Positions 52,548 through 62,637 are shown, counted from the stretch's first letter. The stretch is 64,000 bases of DNA from a virus (IMGVR_UViG_3300048672_000527:100770-164769), one strand, 5' to 3'. Program-made: numbers and translations. Notes: generated from the sequence alone by a model not told the origin.

Positions 52548-52800
52548 TATTAAAGACCCAGTTGTGGCAAAAGCAGTTAAGGATTTTTGCGACGAGATGA
52601 GTGCAAGTTTTTCTCGTACTCAGGGTGAAAAGGATTTCCAAAAGGAAGCGGTTTCACTTTTGGCAGAGAAACATGAGCTCGACAAGAAAATCTTGAAGAA
52701 GATGGCCAAGACTTACCATGCTTCTAACTTCGCAACTCAAAAGCAAGATCAAGCCGAGTTTGAAGAAACATATGAAGCACTCTTCGGACCACAAGAGTAA
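52540..52800 (+). CDS. hypothetical protein
   Basis: ORF. Confidence 0.45.
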   Translation: MANIKDPVVAKAVKDFCDEMSASFSRTQGEKDFQKEAVSLLAEKHELDKKILKKMAKTYHASNFATQKQDQAEFEETYEALFGPQE

Positions 52801-52955
52801 AGTTATACTAACTGCTACGGAACGCGTTACACCAGGCGTTCCGGCTAAAGCAATTAACTATGCTTTAATGGAAGAGAATGCAGAACTACGTCAACGAATA
52901 GTTGAATGTGAATTAGAAATTAGATGGTGGAAACAAGAAAATATAAGGATTCTAC

Positions 52956-53426
52956 GTGAAAATTTATCTAGACGTTGATGGTGTATTTGCAGATTTTGAT
53001 AAGAAATTAGCTGAGATTGCTCCTGGACTTCCTCGTATGTCCAATGAAATTTGGGGTCCTATTTCCAAGATACCAAACTTTTTTGACACTCTTGAGTTAA
53101 TGGAAGACTCGTTGGAGTTGATTGATATTCTCAAAGATTACGATTTGGAGTTTTTAACTGCATTACCACGTCCTACTGGATATTTGCACTCTGCCGATAC
53201 GGATAAGCGAAATTGGCTCCGCCGCAACGTTTCAGAAACTATACCAATTAATACAGTCGTTGGTGGCGTAAATAAGGTTCAATGGCTACGTGCTAATCCG
53301 GGTTCTATTCTTATTGACGATTACGTTCGCAATATTAAATTGTGGGAAGAGTATGGTGGTATTGGTATTTTGTTTACATCAGTCCCAGCTACTATTGACA
53401 AATTGATTAAGAGAAAGATTCTATGA
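52956..53426 (+). CDS. HAD-family 5'(3')-deoxyribonucleotidase
   Basis: IYLDVDGVFADF HAD motif I; GTG start after AAGGA. Confidence 0.7.
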   Translation: MKIYLDVDGVFADFDKKLAEIAPGLPRMSNEIWGPISKIPNFFDTLELMEDSLELIDILKDYDLEFLTALPRPTGYLHSADTDKRNWLRRNVSETIPINTVVGGVNKVQWLRANPGSILIDDYVRNIKLWEEYGGIGILFTSVPATIDKLIKRKIL

Positions 53427-53596
53427 TTATTGAGCCACAACCAAAAGACACGAGTCATGGACATTTTTATGTATCTATGATTAAGAGTGGACTACGGATT
53501 CTTGCGGCAGTGTGTTTAATGGGAAATCGATTCGTTTCCGCAGGTGTTTTATTCTTCTTAGCTGAAATCCTCGGCATTGTAGAGGAAATGGTCTGA
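53423..53596 (+). CDS. small membrane protein (57 aa)
   Basis: ATGA overlaps both sides. Confidence 0.35.
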   Translation: MIIEPQPKDTSHGHFYVSMIKSGLRILAAVCLMGNRFVSAGVLFFLAEILGIVEEMV

Positions 53597-53811
53597 TGTA
53601 TAAATTCTTTGGATACACTATCGCAAATACAAATCAGATATTTGCTAATAGATCAATCGCTGAAAAGACGTGCGAGCAAAGTGGTATACCAACTTCTTTG
53701 GTCAAACAGCTATTTGTGTTCGAGAAACCGGAATGGGTCAAACCAACAGTGGATAACGAGATTATTCAAGAGAATGACGTTATGGATAATCAAGACTGGA
53801 TTGAACCGTAG
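53596..53811 (+). CDS. hypothetical protein
   Basis: ORF. Confidence 0.45.
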   Translation: MYKFFGYTIANTNQIFANRSIAEKTCEQSGIPTSLVKQLFVFEKPEWVKPTVDNEIIQENDVMDNQDWIEP

Positions 53812-53812
53812 T

Positions 53813-53840
53813 TTACTTTTATTCTGCTCCGTGGTATAAT
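53813..53840 (+). promoter_or_regulatory. early promoter; -10 inside stem-loop CTCCGT..ACGGAG
   Basis: TTTACTTTTATTCTGCTCCGTGGTATAAT. Confidence 0.7.
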
Positions 53841-53865
53841 ACTTCTATTGTAATACGGAGCTGAA

Positions 53866-54078
53866 ATGGCTAAACTGACTAAAACAGATTTGCAAGCACA
53901 TGTTGATGTTTTTGTAAATGTCTCTAAGGCGCATTACGACAGTTACGCCCATGCTGCCGGGTATTTGGGTGGTGCTATTTCCACGATCGTTGCTGGACTA
54001 CCAAAGAAACAGCAAGAAGAATTCCTCCGTCGTCTTCAGAAAATCACAGCTGAATATGCTCCCAAACCTCAATTTTAA
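53866..54078 (+). CDS. hypothetical protein
   Basis: RBS ACGGAG. Confidence 0.5.
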   Translation: MAKLTKTDLQAHVDVFVNVSKAHYDSYAHAAGYLGGAISTIVAGLPKKQQEEFLRRLQKITAEYAPKPQF

Positions 54079-54248
54079 TCTTCGATCGTTGTCTCTAGAA
54101 AATAGAACAGCGATTAGTAATTTGCAGACCGCTATCTGGAAGATTCATGAAGCGGTTAAGTTAGCTGGTGCAGAAGAAGGTGATTTTACTTTTATCCATG
54201 GCTATGCTATAATTGAAGTTTTGGAACAACAAATCGAGGACATCTGGA

Positions 54249-55313
54249 ATGGCCACTAAAGAAGCAAAGCGCGCCAAGGCACACAAACTCTTGCGCAATA
54301 ACGACCCCCACTTGAACCCTATGGACTACCGAGAGAGTCTCGTGCGCGTGTTGAGTTACTTCAACACAACGTATGACGACAAGGAACGTATGTCATGGAT
54401 TAAGGCACACTATCCTAAGGTCAAATTCAAAGATTTGGCAATGGTAGAATTCCGTGCGCTGGCAAATCTGGTTCGTATCACTGATAATGGTGATGAGTTA
54501 TCCGAGCACCACCAGATGGTCATGCAACAAGAATTAAATCGCTTGACTGATACTTTCAAGGAAAAGAAGGTCAAACCAGTTGAAGTAAAAGCAGAAGTAC
54601 CCAAGGCTACAATTCAGGATAAGATGGATGACAAGGTTTCCGAATTCTTGGGTGAGTTTGCGGGTCTTGTTGATCAGTACTGCATCGACGGTACTATTCC
54701 CAAGGTTGATAGCTTGGTGAATTCTATGGGAATCCGCGGACCAATGGTCAAGAAGGTTCTTGCGCGGATTCAGAATACTATCGACGAACTGGATGAAGTT
54801 CTCGAGGGCACCGACGCTCAGTTGAATGAAGGTTATAGCCAGTTTAAAAAAGTTGGTCTGAAACGTCTTCGTGGTATCTATACTTCCCTAACCGAAGCAC
54901 TAAATCAAGCTAAAGTACAGACTGTTCGTAAGACTCGAACCGTTAAGGTCAAGCCACCGGCTGTCGTTGCAGCCAAGGTAAAATATGCCAAGGATAACGC
55001 GGACTTGAAAATGAAGTCTATCAATCCCACCACTGTAGTTGGTATGTCTGAACTCTGGGTATTCAATACCAAGTATCGTAAATTGCAGTATTACGAGGCA
55101 ATTGCAGGTCAGACACTGACTTTCAAGGGAACTACTCTGCTAAATTTTGATGTGTCCAAATCCATGTCTAAGACGATCCGCAAACCAGAATTGATTAATT
55201 ACTCCGATGGTAAGCGAGTACTGAATAAGTTCTTTAAAGAAACCAAGGCTGCTGAACAAAAGGTAACCGGTCGTATCAACGAAGAATGTATCCTCTTGGT
55301 AACATACAAATGA
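54249..55313 (+). CDS. hypothetical protein (354 aa)
   Basis: ORF 54213 trimmed to MATKEAK. Confidence 0.55.
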   Translation: MATKEAKRAKAHKLLRNNDPHLNPMDYRESLVRVLSYFNTTYDDKERMSWIKAHYPKVKFKDLAMVEFRALANLVRITDNGDELSEHHQMVMQQELNRLTDTFKEKKVKPVEVKAEVPKATIQDKMDDKVSEFLGEFAGLVDQYCIDGTIPKVDSLVNSMGIRGPMVKKVLARIQNTIDELDEVLEGTDAQLNEGYSQFKKVGLKRLRGIYTSLTEALNQAKVQTVRKTRTVKVKPPAVVAAKVKYAKDNADLKMKSINPTTVVGMSELWVFNTKYRKLQYYEAIAGQTLTFKGTTLLNFDVSKSMSKTIRKPELINYSDGKRVLNKFFKETKAAEQKVTGRINEECILLVTYK

Positions 55314-55591
55314 AATTCTATAACCCATTTAAACCACATATTGTTCAGAATAAACTCGGGCAGTATTTGATTCGTGCATATAAATTTGAGGAATGTTTCT
55401 TTGGTTGGTCATATATGGATCGACAAGATTTCATGTGGTGGGATCGATTTAAACAAATCGATGACTACTGCACGATGACAAAGGGTGAAGCAAAAAGTGT
55501 AATGGAACATTACACCAAATTCTTGGAAAACCGAGAAAAAAAAGAGAAGCGAAAGAAAGATATGAAGAAAACTTCATATGTTGAACTATGA
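55310..55591 (+). CDS. hypothetical protein, paralog A (MKFYNPFKPHIV..)
   Basis: ATGA overlap. Confidence 0.5.
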   Translation: MKFYNPFKPHIVQNKLGQYLIRAYKFEECFFGWSYMDRQDFMWWDRFKQIDDYCTMTKGEAKSVMEHYTKFLENREKKEKRKKDMKKTSYVEL

Positions 55592-55854
55592 AATTCTATA
55601 ATCCATTCAAACCCCACATTGTAGAAACGGTTGGTGGTCAATATCTAGTTCGCAAATTTAATGGCTTTTTCTGCTGGGAATATGGAGTAAAATATTCAGT
55701 GATTCCAGGCCTGCCAAATGTGTACCGATGGTCAACGAATCAAAAGTATTACTCACTAGAAGAAGCTCGATATATACTTGAGTACTTCCAAGAAATTGAT
55801 GAGCGTCTTCAAAACGAAAAGAAGAACAATAAAATTAAGGGTATTATACGATGA
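55588..55854 (+). CDS. hypothetical protein, paralog B (MKFYNPFKPHIV..)
   Basis: tandem duplicate of preceding gene. Confidence 0.5.
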   Translation: MKFYNPFKPHIVETVGGQYLVRKFNGFFCWEYGVKYSVIPGLPNVYRWSTNQKYYSLEEARYILEYFQEIDERLQNEKKNNKIKGIIR

Positions 55855-56759
55855 TTTTAATTGACTATAGCCAGCTGATTATTGCTGGTGCAACCGCTTT
55901 TGGTTCTGACTTTGATAAAGGTAAGGACACTAAAAAGATGGTGGATATTCTCCGTCATACAATTCTTAGCACCCTACTAGCAGACAAACGAAAGTATGGT
56001 AGTGAGTATGGTCAGATTGTTCTAGCGGTAGATGGTCGTGAATACTGGCGTAAAGGTATATTCTCATACTATAAAGCACACCGAAAAAAGAATCGCGATG
56101 AATCAAAGACCGATTGGAAGGCGATTTTTGATATTGGTAGCCAACTACGTCAAGAATTTGAGGGTCTTTTCCCATATCGTTTTGTCATGGTTAATGAAGC
56201 CGAGGCCGACGATGTAATTGCAGTTCTGACCAAGTATACACAGGAGAATGAACTGCGCACCATCGGCCTCATTGATGACGAGCCGCAACCAGTTTTCATT
56301 AAATCTAATGATGGTGACTTTGGTCAATTACATAAGTACAAAAATGTCCGTCAATGGAATCCTATACTAAAGAAGTTTGTCAAGAAAACAGACAAGCACT
56401 TCCTACTGGAAAAGATTTTGACCGGTGATTCTGGTGATGGAATTCCGAATATCCGTAGCAGTGACAGTCAACTTGTAGATGGTATTCGACAACCACCGAT
56501 TACTGCAAAAATCAAAGAAGCAGCATTTAAGCAGGCTGATGATGGACTACCAATTGATTTTGCCGACACTACTATGAATCGGAACTATCAGCGGAACCGC
56601 CAGCTGATTGATTTTGATTATATTCCACAGGAAATTGCAGACAAAATCATTGCTACATATAAGGGAACCGAAGGTGTAAAGGCTGATAAGTCTAAAATCT
56701 TCAATTATTTTATTAAACACCGTTGCAAGAACTTGCTCGACTCTATACAGGAATTTTGA
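55851..56759 (+). CDS. rnh: RNase H / 5'-3' exonuclease (FEN-like)
   Basis: LIDFSQ, EADD, SSDGDF(G)QLHKY, LIDFDYIP, NSI.EF all as in T4 RNase H. Confidence 0.9.
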   Translation: MILIDYSQLIIAGATAFGSDFDKGKDTKKMVDILRHTILSTLLADKRKYGSEYGQIVLAVDGREYWRKGIFSYYKAHRKKNRDESKTDWKAIFDIGSQLRQEFEGLFPYRFVMVNEAEADDVIAVLTKYTQENELRTIGLIDDEPQPVFIKSNDGDFGQLHKYKNVRQWNPILKKFVKKTDKHFLLEKILTGDSGDGIPNIRSSDSQLVDGIRQPPITAKIKEAAFKQADDGLPIDFADTTMNRNYQRNRQLIDFDYIPQEIADKIIATYKGTEGVKADKSKIFNYFIKHRCKNLLDSIQEF

Positions 56760-57160
56760 TGGCTACAATTATTGAAATCATGAAGGCTGCTGAAGATAAT
56801 ATTCAGTCCATTATGCAACATAAGGATAATAACTTCCTTCGTATGTTCATGAATGCTGCTTTTCTACCAGACGCAAAACTAAAACTCCCAGAAACTCATC
56901 CACCATTTTCACCAAATAAGATGGAAGAAGCTGCTGTGCCACCAGGTGTTTTCTGGCAGTTTGCCCGGCGTATTGATATGTTCCAAAAAGAATATACTGG
57001 TGCGGCCAAGGCGCGGACCGAGACTGCATTCATTCAAGCATTAGAATCGGTATCTGCAAAAGAGGCGGAACTTATCCTAGCGTGTAAAGATCAAACGGTT
57101 GCGCGAATTTATAAGGGTATTACATTTGAGGCACTAAAGAATGTTGGATATTTCCAGTAA
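56759..57160 (+). CDS. hypothetical protein
   Basis: ORF, TGATG overlap. Confidence 0.5.
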   Translation: MATIIEIMKAAEDNIQSIMQHKDNNFLRMFMNAAFLPDAKLKLPETHPPFSPNKMEEAAVPPGVFWQFARRIDMFQKEYTGAAKARTETAFIQALESVSAKEAELILACKDQTVARIYKGITFEALKNVGYFQ

Positions 57161-57626
57161 ACTTCGGCGCTATGACGCGCTTTATATGGACATTGCCAAG
57201 CGGGTGGCTCAAATGTCCTATGCTAAACGAAAACAGGTTGGGTGTGTTATTGTAAAAGATGGGAACATCATTTCTATGGGTTTTAATGGTATGCCCGCGG
57301 GAATGGATAATAACTGCGAACACTATGATTACTCCGTATCAATGGATGGAGACTATGTAACTAATAAGGAAGTAAGCCATGCGGAAGAAAACGCCATTGC
57401 GAAAATCGCTAGATCAAGTTCTTCCTCCGATGGTGCAACTGCTTATGTTACTCTTGCTCCTTGTATGCATTGTGCTAAGTTGCTTAATAGTGCCGGTATT
57501 CGCCGTGTGGTCTATGGTGAAAATTATCGCCAAGAAGGTGTTGAATTTTTGATTGAGCGTGGTGTTACAGTAGAACGATCTATATCAGTGGAGAATCTTT
57601 ATGAAAGCAATGTTCGTTCTGCATGA
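57141..57626 (+). CDS. cd: dCMP deaminase
   Basis: HAEENAI and PCMHCAKLL zinc-binding motifs. Confidence 0.85.
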   Translation: MLDISSKLRRYDALYMDIAKRVAQMSYAKRKQVGCVIVKDGNIISMGFNGMPAGMDNNCEHYDYSVSMDGDYVTNKEVSHAEENAIAKIARSSSSSDGATAYVTLAPCMHCAKLLNSAGIRRVVYGENYRQEGVEFLIERGVTVERSISVENLYESNVRSA

Positions 57627-57810
57627 AAATGATCCACCAGAATATCAAGGCTATCTAGATGCGATCGTTAATCGGGTATCTGAATATGGCGGCCAGCACT
57701 GGAAACGAAAGGCACTTGGCGAAAGAAAAGGTATCCGAAATACTATCGAGCACACTGAGTATCACTTCATAGTAGATCATATAAGTCATCTAGTCAAAGA
57801 TAAAAATTAA
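57601..57810 (+). CDS. hypothetical protein
   Basis: ORF. Confidence 0.4.
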   Translation: MKAMFVLHENDPPEYQGYLDAIVNRVSEYGGQHWKRKALGERKGIRNTIEHTEYHFIVDHISHLVKDKN

Positions 57811-57833
57811 GGACCCGCGGGTCCTTTTTTGTT
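57811..57833 (+). terminator. rho-independent terminator
   Basis: GGACCCGCGGGTCC perfect palindrome then TTTTTTGTT. Confidence 0.85.
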
Positions 57834-57873
57834 GACCATAAATTCCCTAAATAACAGTATAGGAGAATTAACA

Positions 57874-58149
57874 ATGCCAATTTATGATCGACAATGCTCA
57901 GACTGTGAAGAGCTATTTGAAGTGACCTGCCGCATCGCAGAAAAAGATAATACACACGAATGCCCATACTGTGGTTCTACTGCAGGAGAGTGGCGACCAA
58001 CCAGTTGTATGACAACTATTAGACCTGATCGTTTGATGACTGCGAAAAAGGATAATGGTTTTAAGGAAGTATTAGATAAAATCAAAGAAAGGAATAAACG
58101 AACCAATTTAGCATCGGGTCGTAATACTGGTACGACCGCCATGGGATAA
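57874..58149 (+). CDS. zinc-ribbon protein (FmdB-like CxxC..CxxC)
   Basis: RBS AGGAG; CSDCEE..CPYCGS. Confidence 0.5.
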   Translation: MPIYDRQCSDCEELFEVTCRIAEKDNTHECPYCGSTAGEWRPTSCMTTIRPDRLMTAKKDNGFKEVLDKIKERNKRTNLASGRNTGTTAMG

Positions 58150-58167
58150 ACAACAATAAGGAAAACA

Positions 58168-58986
58168 ATGGTAACAAAGAAAAAGGCCCCAGCCCTGTTT
58201 GTAGCAGAAGCAATTGAAAAAGGCGCTGAAACAAAATATAGTGGTGTTCAGAAACGGATTGACCACATGGAAGCAGAAAACCACAAAAATCACCATCAAC
58301 CAGTTAGTAATGGATTAAAAATCAAGCTTGATCACCTAAAGACATTTGATGCTCTTACACCAAATCAGCAAGTTTTCTATGATATGTACAAGCGAGGTGA
58401 TTACTGTATGGGTGTACTAGGTTCGGCTGGTACTGGTAAGACATTTATTTCTTTGTACAAAGCATTAGAAGAAGTTTTGGATAAGTCAAATCCATTCCGT
58501 CAAGTTGTTGTGGTTCGTTCTTGTGTGCCAACTCGTAATGTTGGTTTCTTACCTGGTTCGTTGGAAGAGAAACAAGAAATTTATGAACTACCGTACAAAG
58601 AAATCTGCACTACTCTGTTTGATCGCCCAGATGCCTGGGAACGTTTAAAAGAGCAGAACTATGCTCGCTTTATTTCTACTACAGCTATTCGTGGTATCTC
58701 CATTGATGATTCTATCATTGTGGTTGATGAATTACAGAATATGACAATGCAGGAATTGGATACGATTATTACTCGGGTTGGCTATCGTTCTAAGATTATT
58801 TTCGTTGGAGATGTAAAACAAACCGACTTGGTAACATCTAAATATGATGTGTCGGGATTACCACAGTTTATCAAAATTCTTAAAAAAATGCCCGATTACA
58901 GTGATATAGAATTTACAAGCCATGATATTGTAAGATCATCAATGGTGCGTAACTACATTATCGCCAAAGAAACAATGGGATACTAA
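58168..58986 (+). CDS. phoH: PhoH-like ATPase
   Basis: GSAGTGKTFISL Walker A; PhoH family layout. Confidence 0.85.
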   Translation: MVTKKKAPALFVAEAIEKGAETKYSGVQKRIDHMEAENHKNHHQPVSNGLKIKLDHLKTFDALTPNQQVFYDMYKRGDYCMGVLGSAGTGKTFISLYKALEEVLDKSNPFRQVVVVRSCVPTRNVGFLPGSLEEKQEIYELPYKEICTTLFDRPDAWERLKEQNYARFISTTAIRGISIDDSIIVVDELQNMTMQELDTIITRVGYRSKIIFVGDVKQTDLVTSKYDVSGLPQFIKILKKMPDYSDIEFTSHDIVRSSMVRNYIIAKETMGY

Positions 58987-58987
58987 T

Positions 58988-59590
58988 ATGTTTACATTAG
59001 AACAATTTACTGCAATTCTACCGCTCTGTAAAGAGCCAGAAGAGTGGTGCGATATTATTTCTACCGAGCTTCCTGAGTGGGGTTTCACCACGAAAGAACA
59101 GGTGGCAGCTTTTATCGCTCAAACCGCGCATGAATCTAGTTCATATAATATCCTTGCAGAAAATTTGAACTATAGTGCTGATAGGTTGAAAATTGTTTTT
59201 CCTAAGTATTTTAAGAACATCGACGTTGCACCTTACCACCGCAACCCTGAAGCTATTGCTAATATTGTCTATGCTAATCGCATGGGTAATGGCCCTGCTG
59301 ATAGTGGTGACGGCTATAGGTTTAGGGGCCGTGGAGTCCTACAAGTCACCGGTAAAGCAAACTACATGCACTGCAGTGAAGAACTATTCGGTCATGAACA
59401 AGTCCTTTTGGATGATCCGGATTTACTACTACATAAGCCAAATGCATTGGGTAGTGCTCTATGGTTCTGGAAGTCTAATAACTTACTTGCAGTTACTGAT
59501 TTCATACAGCTAACCAAGAGAATCAATGGTGGAGTTATTGGACTAGAACACAGACAGAGTGTATATCAAACAGCTCTAAGTATTCTGTAA
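58988..59590 (+). CDS. endolysin, glycoside hydrolase family 19-like
   Basis: AAFIAQTAHESS .. GRGVLQVTGKANY GH19 motifs. Confidence 0.75.
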   Translation: MFTLEQFTAILPLCKEPEEWCDIISTELPEWGFTTKEQVAAFIAQTAHESSSYNILAENLNYSADRLKIVFPKYFKNIDVAPYHRNPEAIANIVYANRMGNGPADSGDGYRFRGRGVLQVTGKANYMHCSEELFGHEQVLLDDPDLLLHKPNALGSALWFWKSNNLLAVTDFIQLTKRINGGVIGLEHRQSVYQTALSIL

Positions 59591-59623
59591 AACCACAGGA
59601 GTATTATACTCCCAACAAAAAGA

Positions 59624-59662
59624 ACCCAGAAATAATCTTTTTATTTCTGGGTTTATTCTTTT
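59624..59662 (+). terminator. rho-independent terminator (12-bp stem)
   Basis: ACCCAGAAATAA-tcttt-TTATTTCTGGGT then TTATTCTTTT. Confidence 0.8.
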
Positions 59663-59678
59663 GTGGTATTATTATGGT

Positions 59679-60335
59679 ATGAAACTTGAATTGCGTCATA
59701 TTGATAAGTGCGAGAGAATTGACTCTCCAAACGGCCGTCTTTACCGTACACCAGATGGAAACTTATACCCAAGTGTAACTACAGTCTTGGGATCAATGAA
59801 AAATCCCGAGCTCGATGCGTGGCGAGAAGCGGTTGGCGAGGAAGAAGCCAAAAGAGTTGGAGATGCAGCTGCAAAACGTGGGACTCTTATTCACGAAGCA
59901 GCGGAAAACTATATCCTCTGTAAAAACAAAGAAGTCTTTAAGTGGTTTCACACCACCGAGAAAAAGATGTTTGCCGCATTACAAGTTGAACTCAATAAGT
60001 TCGAAGTTGTATATGCGTTGGAACAAGGTCTGTGGAGTGATAAGCTTCGCGTCGCGGGAACAGTTGACTGTATAGCCAAGATTGATGGGCGGACATTCAT
60101 AGTTGACTTTAAGACTTCTCGTCGATTCAAAACAGCCGAAGAAATTTATAGTTATTATATGCAGTGCGCCGCGTATGCTGTTGCTTGGTACGAACGGACC
60201 GGTGAATTAGTAACTATGGCCAGAATTCTGATTACTACCGAGGATGATGGTGTTCTTGTGTATGACGTTAAATTAACCGAGTGGGTGACAGAGTTCAAAC
60301 TTGTGAGACAACTATATGAAAATCAAAACAATTGA
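59679..60335 (+). CDS. PD-(D/E)xK nuclease (RecB/Cas4-like fold)
   Basis: GTVDCIAKIDGRTFIVDFKTS D..D/E-x-K motif. Confidence 0.65.
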   Translation: MKLELRHIDKCERIDSPNGRLYRTPDGNLYPSVTTVLGSMKNPELDAWREAVGEEEAKRVGDAAAKRGTLIHEAAENYILCKNKEVFKWFHTTEKKMFAALQVELNKFEVVYALEQGLWSDKLRVAGTVDCIAKIDGRTFIVDFKTSRRFKTAEEIYSYYMQCAAYAVAWYERTGELVTMARILITTEDDGVLVYDVKLTEWVTEFKLVRQLYENQNN

Positions 60336-60480
60336 ATTGCCAGATGGCGCAGTCTTAGTTTACGAGAAACTAGAATGGACTTCCGATGGATATGGTCTCT
60401 AAAACGCAGTGGTGATACATTCGCTACCTAGATCAGTATGAGACTATGTTTATTAATGCAACCATAGAGAAATGTGGTGG

Positions 60481-60509
60481 TTTACTTTAATTCATTTGTG
60501 TATTATAAT
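60481..60509 (+). promoter_or_regulatory. early promoter placed for leaderless transcript
   Basis: TTTACTTTAATTCATTTGTGTATTATAAT AATCAC ATG. Confidence 0.65.
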
Positions 60510-60515
60510 AATCAC

Positions 60516-60740
60516 ATGAAAACGAAACTTACTGGGATTTATAGCGGTGAACAGAAACCTGCGCGCCGCGGTGTATACAAGCGTCTTTATACTGCCAAAT
60601 GGCGCTATTGTTTTTGGGATGGTCAAGGATTTGGTCTTGGGTATAATACCAAAAAGGAAGCCGAGAAAAGGTCAAGTCGTGATCTTTTTGGTTATAGTGC
60701 TTCACAGGATCTTCCATGGCGCGGAGTAGTTCGTAGTTAA
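60516..60740 (+). CDS. hypothetical protein (leaderless)
   Basis: ORF 60474 trimmed; ATG at +7 from -10. Confidence 0.45.
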   Translation: MKTKLTGIYSGEQKPARRGVYKRLYTAKWRYCFWDGQGFGLGYNTKKEAEKRSSRDLFGYSASQDLPWRGVVRS

Positions 60741-60742
60741 TT

Positions 60743-60946
60743 ATGAAAAACAAACTTGAAACTTATCTGAAAGTAGCAAACGACGTCGGGAATATCGTAG
60801 ATCGTTTGCGACGAACTGACATGAAGCTGATTGATTTGATTCCTCGGCTTCATACTCACGCAGATATTATCCGTGATTTGGTTGCGGAAAATAACAAACT
60901 GCAACAAGAACTTAATGATGCACGAGAAACTTCCGAGGGCGTATGA
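60743..60946 (+). CDS. hypothetical protein
   Basis: ORF. Confidence 0.45.
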   Translation: MKNKLETYLKVANDVGNIVDRLRRTDMKLIDLIPRLHTHADIIRDLVAENNKLQQELNDARETSEGV

Positions 60947-61233
60947 ACGATCTTCAAATCAGTAAAGCTCTTGCACTGGCAATTGGGTGGGATAAAAAGA
61001 AAGTCTTCTGCTATAAGCGAAAACAGATAATGGTTAATACAGATTTCGGTTTTCAAGATTTTGATTACCGCGACTGGAACGTCATCGGACCCATCGCCGA
61101 GAAGTACGACTGCTTTCCAAAACATTCGCTGAACTGTGATATTCAAAAGAATGGATGGGCATCACCACCTAACAATTGGGCAGACACCCCGCAGAAAGCC
61201 ATCGCAATGGCTGTGATTGGAACGAAGAAATGA
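60943..61233 (+). CDS. hypothetical protein
   Basis: ORF. Confidence 0.45.
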   Translation: MNDLQISKALALAIGWDKKKVFCYKRKQIMVNTDFGFQDFDYRDWNVIGPIAEKYDCFPKHSLNCDIQKNGWASPPNNWADTPQKAIAMAVIGTKK

Positions 61234-61454
61234 AATACGCACTACTACTCACAGCACTGCTCTTGGCAGGATGTTTTGAACATACCACTCGCCTACAACA
61301 CATCAACATGGCCGAGAAACTATGTGCGCCTAACGGTGGTATCAATGTCATTGAACATCCACACTACTGGTATATCAGCGTCAACAAACGCCAGTACCAG
61401 ATTGACGTGACGTGCGGAAACGGCGTTGAGATAGCGTACAAGTGGGAGGAATGA
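61230..61454 (+). CDS. small lipoprotein
   Basis: signal peptide + lipobox LLAGC; ATGA overlap. Confidence 0.5.
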   Translation: MKYALLLTALLLAGCFEHTTRLQHINMAEKLCAPNGGINVIEHPHYWYISVNKRQYQIDVTCGNGVEIAYKWEE

Positions 61455-61455
61455 C

Positions 61456-61701
61456 ATGACCTATATCATCACAGACGCCAGCGCAAAGGCTGTGCGAGAG
61501 GCTTTGAAACAAGCCAATTCATACTTTCATGCTCATGGAAGTGATATTGGAGACGACGCTATCGCCATCCTCGACAAGCTCCAACGTGTGGAAGTGGTTG
61601 CCAATTGCACTTGGGGTGGAAAGATTGAACACCTACACGCCGAGCCGCCCTCTCTATTGGTCGGCAGAAAACTCTACGCAATCAAAGGAGAACCGACATG
61701 A
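61456..61701 (+). CDS. hypothetical protein, family member 1 (AIAILDK..VEVV..LYAIK)
   Basis: paralog of 62634..62918. Confidence 0.5.
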   Translation: MTYIITDASAKAVREALKQANSYFHAHGSDIGDDAIAILDKLQRVEVVANCTWGGKIEHLHAEPPSLLVGRKLYAIKGEPT

Positions 61702-61817
61702 CCTGTGAAACAGACTTGTACTTTGTCGCTTTCAGTTGCGGAATGGTATTCGCATACATCATCGAAAACCTGTACGTTATCTACCGCATCAAGAAAGCAC
61801 AGAGGGAAAAGACATGA
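61698..61817 (+). CDS. small membrane peptide (39 aa)
   Basis: ATGA overlaps. Confidence 0.3.
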   Translation: MTCETDLYFVAFSCGMVFAYIIENLYVIYRIKKAQREKT

Positions 61818-62191
61818 AACACACAGTTGAAAGCCTGATGGCGCTGGTTGCAGATTTTGCAGAGGTTTACAGCGGTTCAGACCATTCCGCTTTTGTCGAA
61901 GCCCAAGCCGAACTGCACACAGCCCTATCCGAAGTCATGCAGGAACTGGCAAAGCACCGTGAACTTTTGGTTAAGCACTTGGCCGTGATTGACCCTCTGC
62001 GGCAGGAACTGTCAGAGGCGAAGGCAGATCGTGACCAGTTGCAACGTGACTTCACCTACATAAAGCAACGGCGTGATGCCTTGCTGGTTGCGTTAGAGAA
62101 ACTTGCGCGACTCGGCAACGGCGATAGGTACGGCAATAGCGAAGGAAACCAGATAGCGCAAGCAGCATTGAACGGAGTAAATGCACCATGA
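61814..62191 (+). CDS. hypothetical coiled-coil protein
   Basis: RBS GAGGG. Confidence 0.5.
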   Translation: MKHTVESLMALVADFAEVYSGSDHSAFVEAQAELHTALSEVMQELAKHRELLVKHLAVIDPLRQELSEAKADRDQLQRDFTYIKQRRDALLVALEKLARLGNGDRYGNSEGNQIAQAALNGVNAP

Positions 62192-62637
62192 AGAACCCAA
62201 TTGAAACCTTGCTGGACTATTGCAGCTACACCATTGATGAATGTCGGCAGATTAAAGCAGAGATATTGACCCTGCAATCAAAGTGTGACGAGCAAGCGCG
62301 GGAGATTGAGCATTTACGCAAAACTGCTGATGTTCTTAATCACGAGCGTATGAAGATGCAGCAAGAGGTGGTGGAGCTACGGGCCAAACTGAAGGATATG
62401 GGGTCAGCTTTACAAGAGGCTAAGTCTGGATTGGAGTGGTATCAAGCAATGCACCCAGAGGACGTAGACGGCAGCGATGACGAGGCAATGGAGCGCATTG
62501 ATGCCGCACTTGCCCCCGGTGCAGCGCCTCAGTGGGAAGATGGAACAGAGCCGTTGGTGGCTGGTGGATTGGTGAAAGCTGGAAAAGTCGACACGATTCT
62601 CCGAGCATACGGTGCAGCGCCGAAGGAGAACACATGA
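62188..62637 (+). CDS. hypothetical coiled-coil protein
   Basis: ORF. Confidence 0.5.
   Translation: MKNPIETLLDYCSYTIDECRQIKAEILTLQSKCDEQAREIEHLRKTADVLNHERMKMQQEVVELRAKLKDMGSALQEAKSGLEWYQAMHPEDVDGSDDEAMERIDAALAPGAAPQWEDGTEPLVAGGLVKAGKVDTILRAYGAAPKENT

Noticed and set aside
52718-52978. ORF 52718..52978 (86 aa) overlapping 52540..52800 and the 5'-nucleotidase start
   Set aside because: No acceptable start codon with RBS was found downstream of the overlap, so it is probably non-coding or a mis-framed artefact.
59641-59678. Possible early promoter GTTTAT..TATTAT overlapping the terminator after the endolysin
   Set aside because: The spacing between the -35-like and -10-like hexamers is only about 10 nt, and the sequence is the 3' arm of the terminator hairpin.
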